From the NCBI RefSeq assembly GCF_009914755.1, contig NC_060946.1: a stretch of 64,000 nucleotides of DNA. The stretch is one strand, 5' to 3'. Source of the stretch: the human T2T-CHM13v2.0 reference genome, Homo sapiens. Positions 63,404 through 64,000 of this stretch are shown here, in pieces; the stretch's first letter is position 1, and each line of letters begins with the position of its first letter. Position numbers and translations under genes: made by a program. The notes below the pieces were generated by a model. It had not been told where the DNA came from. It searched no databases and saw only the letters and a program-made list of their open reading frames with translations.

Positions 63404-63469
63404 CGCGTGAGCCCACCTGGAGCCGCACACTCTCCGCAGCCTCAGCCAGCAGAGTGGCGCTAAACCTGC
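63404..63469 (-). other. CHEK2: CHEK2 non-coding exon 1 (5' UTR)
   Basis: GCAGGTTTAGCGCC...GGCTCACGCG followed by a GTGAGT donor; matches the recalled mRNA 5' end. Exact TSS uncertain. Confidence 0.85.
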
Positions 63470-63730
63470 AGATACAAACTCCACCCTCAGCCAATCAAAA
63501 CCCCCTCCCCTGCCGCTGGACCAATGAGGAGCAGCAGATGTGGCCGTCAGGCGCCGCCTCAATGCCTCCTGGGAGTTGTAGTTTAGAAGGGAGAGCGGAA
63601 CTTAGAACCCGGGTTCCCCTCGGGTGATCCCGCCCCCTCGACTCCCCAGCCAATCAGCAACATTAGTCTGGTTAGACGCTCTCTTTGCTTTTCCCCACGA
63701 GTGACCACGGCTAGATAGGCCGCCGGCCAG
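63470..63730. promoter_or_regulatory. Bidirectional CHEK2/HSCB CpG-island promoter: CCAAT boxes (63491, 63521, 63650), ZNF143-type ACTACAACTCCCAGGAGGCA (63582-63563, minus), GC box (~63629-63637), CHR-like TTTGTA (63478-63473, minus)
   Basis: Motifs read directly. Only ~260 bp separate the CHEK2 start from the HSCB ATG. No TATA box. Confidence 0.9.
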
Positions 63731-63966
63731 ATGTGGCGGGGGAGAGCCGGGGCTTTGCTCCGGGTGTGGGGGTTTTGGCCGACAGGGGTTCCCAGAAGGA
63801 GACCGCTAAGCTGCGATGCTGCGTCGCAGGCGGGAAGCAATTATCCCCGCTGTTGGAACTGCGGCGGCCCATGGGGCCCCGGGCGGGAGGACAGGTTCTT
63901 CTGCCCACAGTGCCGAGCGCTGCAGGCACCTGACCCCACTCGAGACTACTTCAGCCTTATGGACTG
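63731..63966 (+). CDS. HSCB: HSCB (mitochondrial Fe-S cluster co-chaperone HSC20) exon 1, MWRGRAGALLRVWGFWPTGVPRRRPLSCDAASQAGSNYPRCWNCGGPWGPGREDRFFCPQCRALQAPDPTRDYFSLMD(C)
   Basis: ATG at 63731, Arg-rich targeting peptide, CWNC/CPQC tetracysteine motif, DYF start of the J-domain, GT donor at 63967. Confidence 0.96.
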
Positions 63967-64000
63967 GTACGAGCGACGGTTTCGGGAAACGGGCCCGGGC

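Noticed and set aside
63342-63423. Calling the tRNA-like elements (here and at 922-997) true tRNA genes
   Set aside because: Anticodon arms and acceptor stems are non-canonical, so they are reported only as hypotheses under findings.

Overview
Human (or near-identical hominid) genomic DNA matching the CHEK2 locus (recalled as chr22q12.1). It contains the complete CHEK2 checkpoint kinase gene on the minus strand: non-coding exon 1 at ~63404-63469, 14 coding exons from 56355 down to 9332 giving an intact 1632-nt/543-aa ORF with GT-AG junctions, and a 129-nt Alu-derived cassette exon at 52054-52182. At the left end is the CpG-island promoter and first exon of TTC28 (minus strand). At the right end is the bidirectional CHEK2/HSCB promoter with HSCB exon 1 (plus strand). 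Introns are very Alu-rich, with nested Alus, Tigger/Charlie DNA transposon relics, MaLR and ERV1 solo LTRs, old L1 fragments and microsatellites. Almost all ORFs in the supplied track are Alu or low-complexity artefacts. The most unusual unexplained signals: (1) two degenerate tRNA-like cassettes (A-box/D-arm plus perfect B-box) in sense orientation at the start of intron 1 of both CHEK2 and TTC28; the CHEK2 copy ends in TTTT and its D-arm-like hairpin covers the exon 1 splice donor; (2) a strong-Kozak uORF in frame with TTC28, separated from it by one TAG; (3) frame compatibility for a CHEK2 exon14 to TTC28 exon2 read-through; (4) a ~350-bp polypurine tract abutting the Alu exon; (5) a MER51-type LTR pointing antisense into CHEK2 exon 2. 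These are hypotheses from reading the sequence, not verified. Repeat family names and reference comparisons are from memory, and repeat boundaries are approximate.
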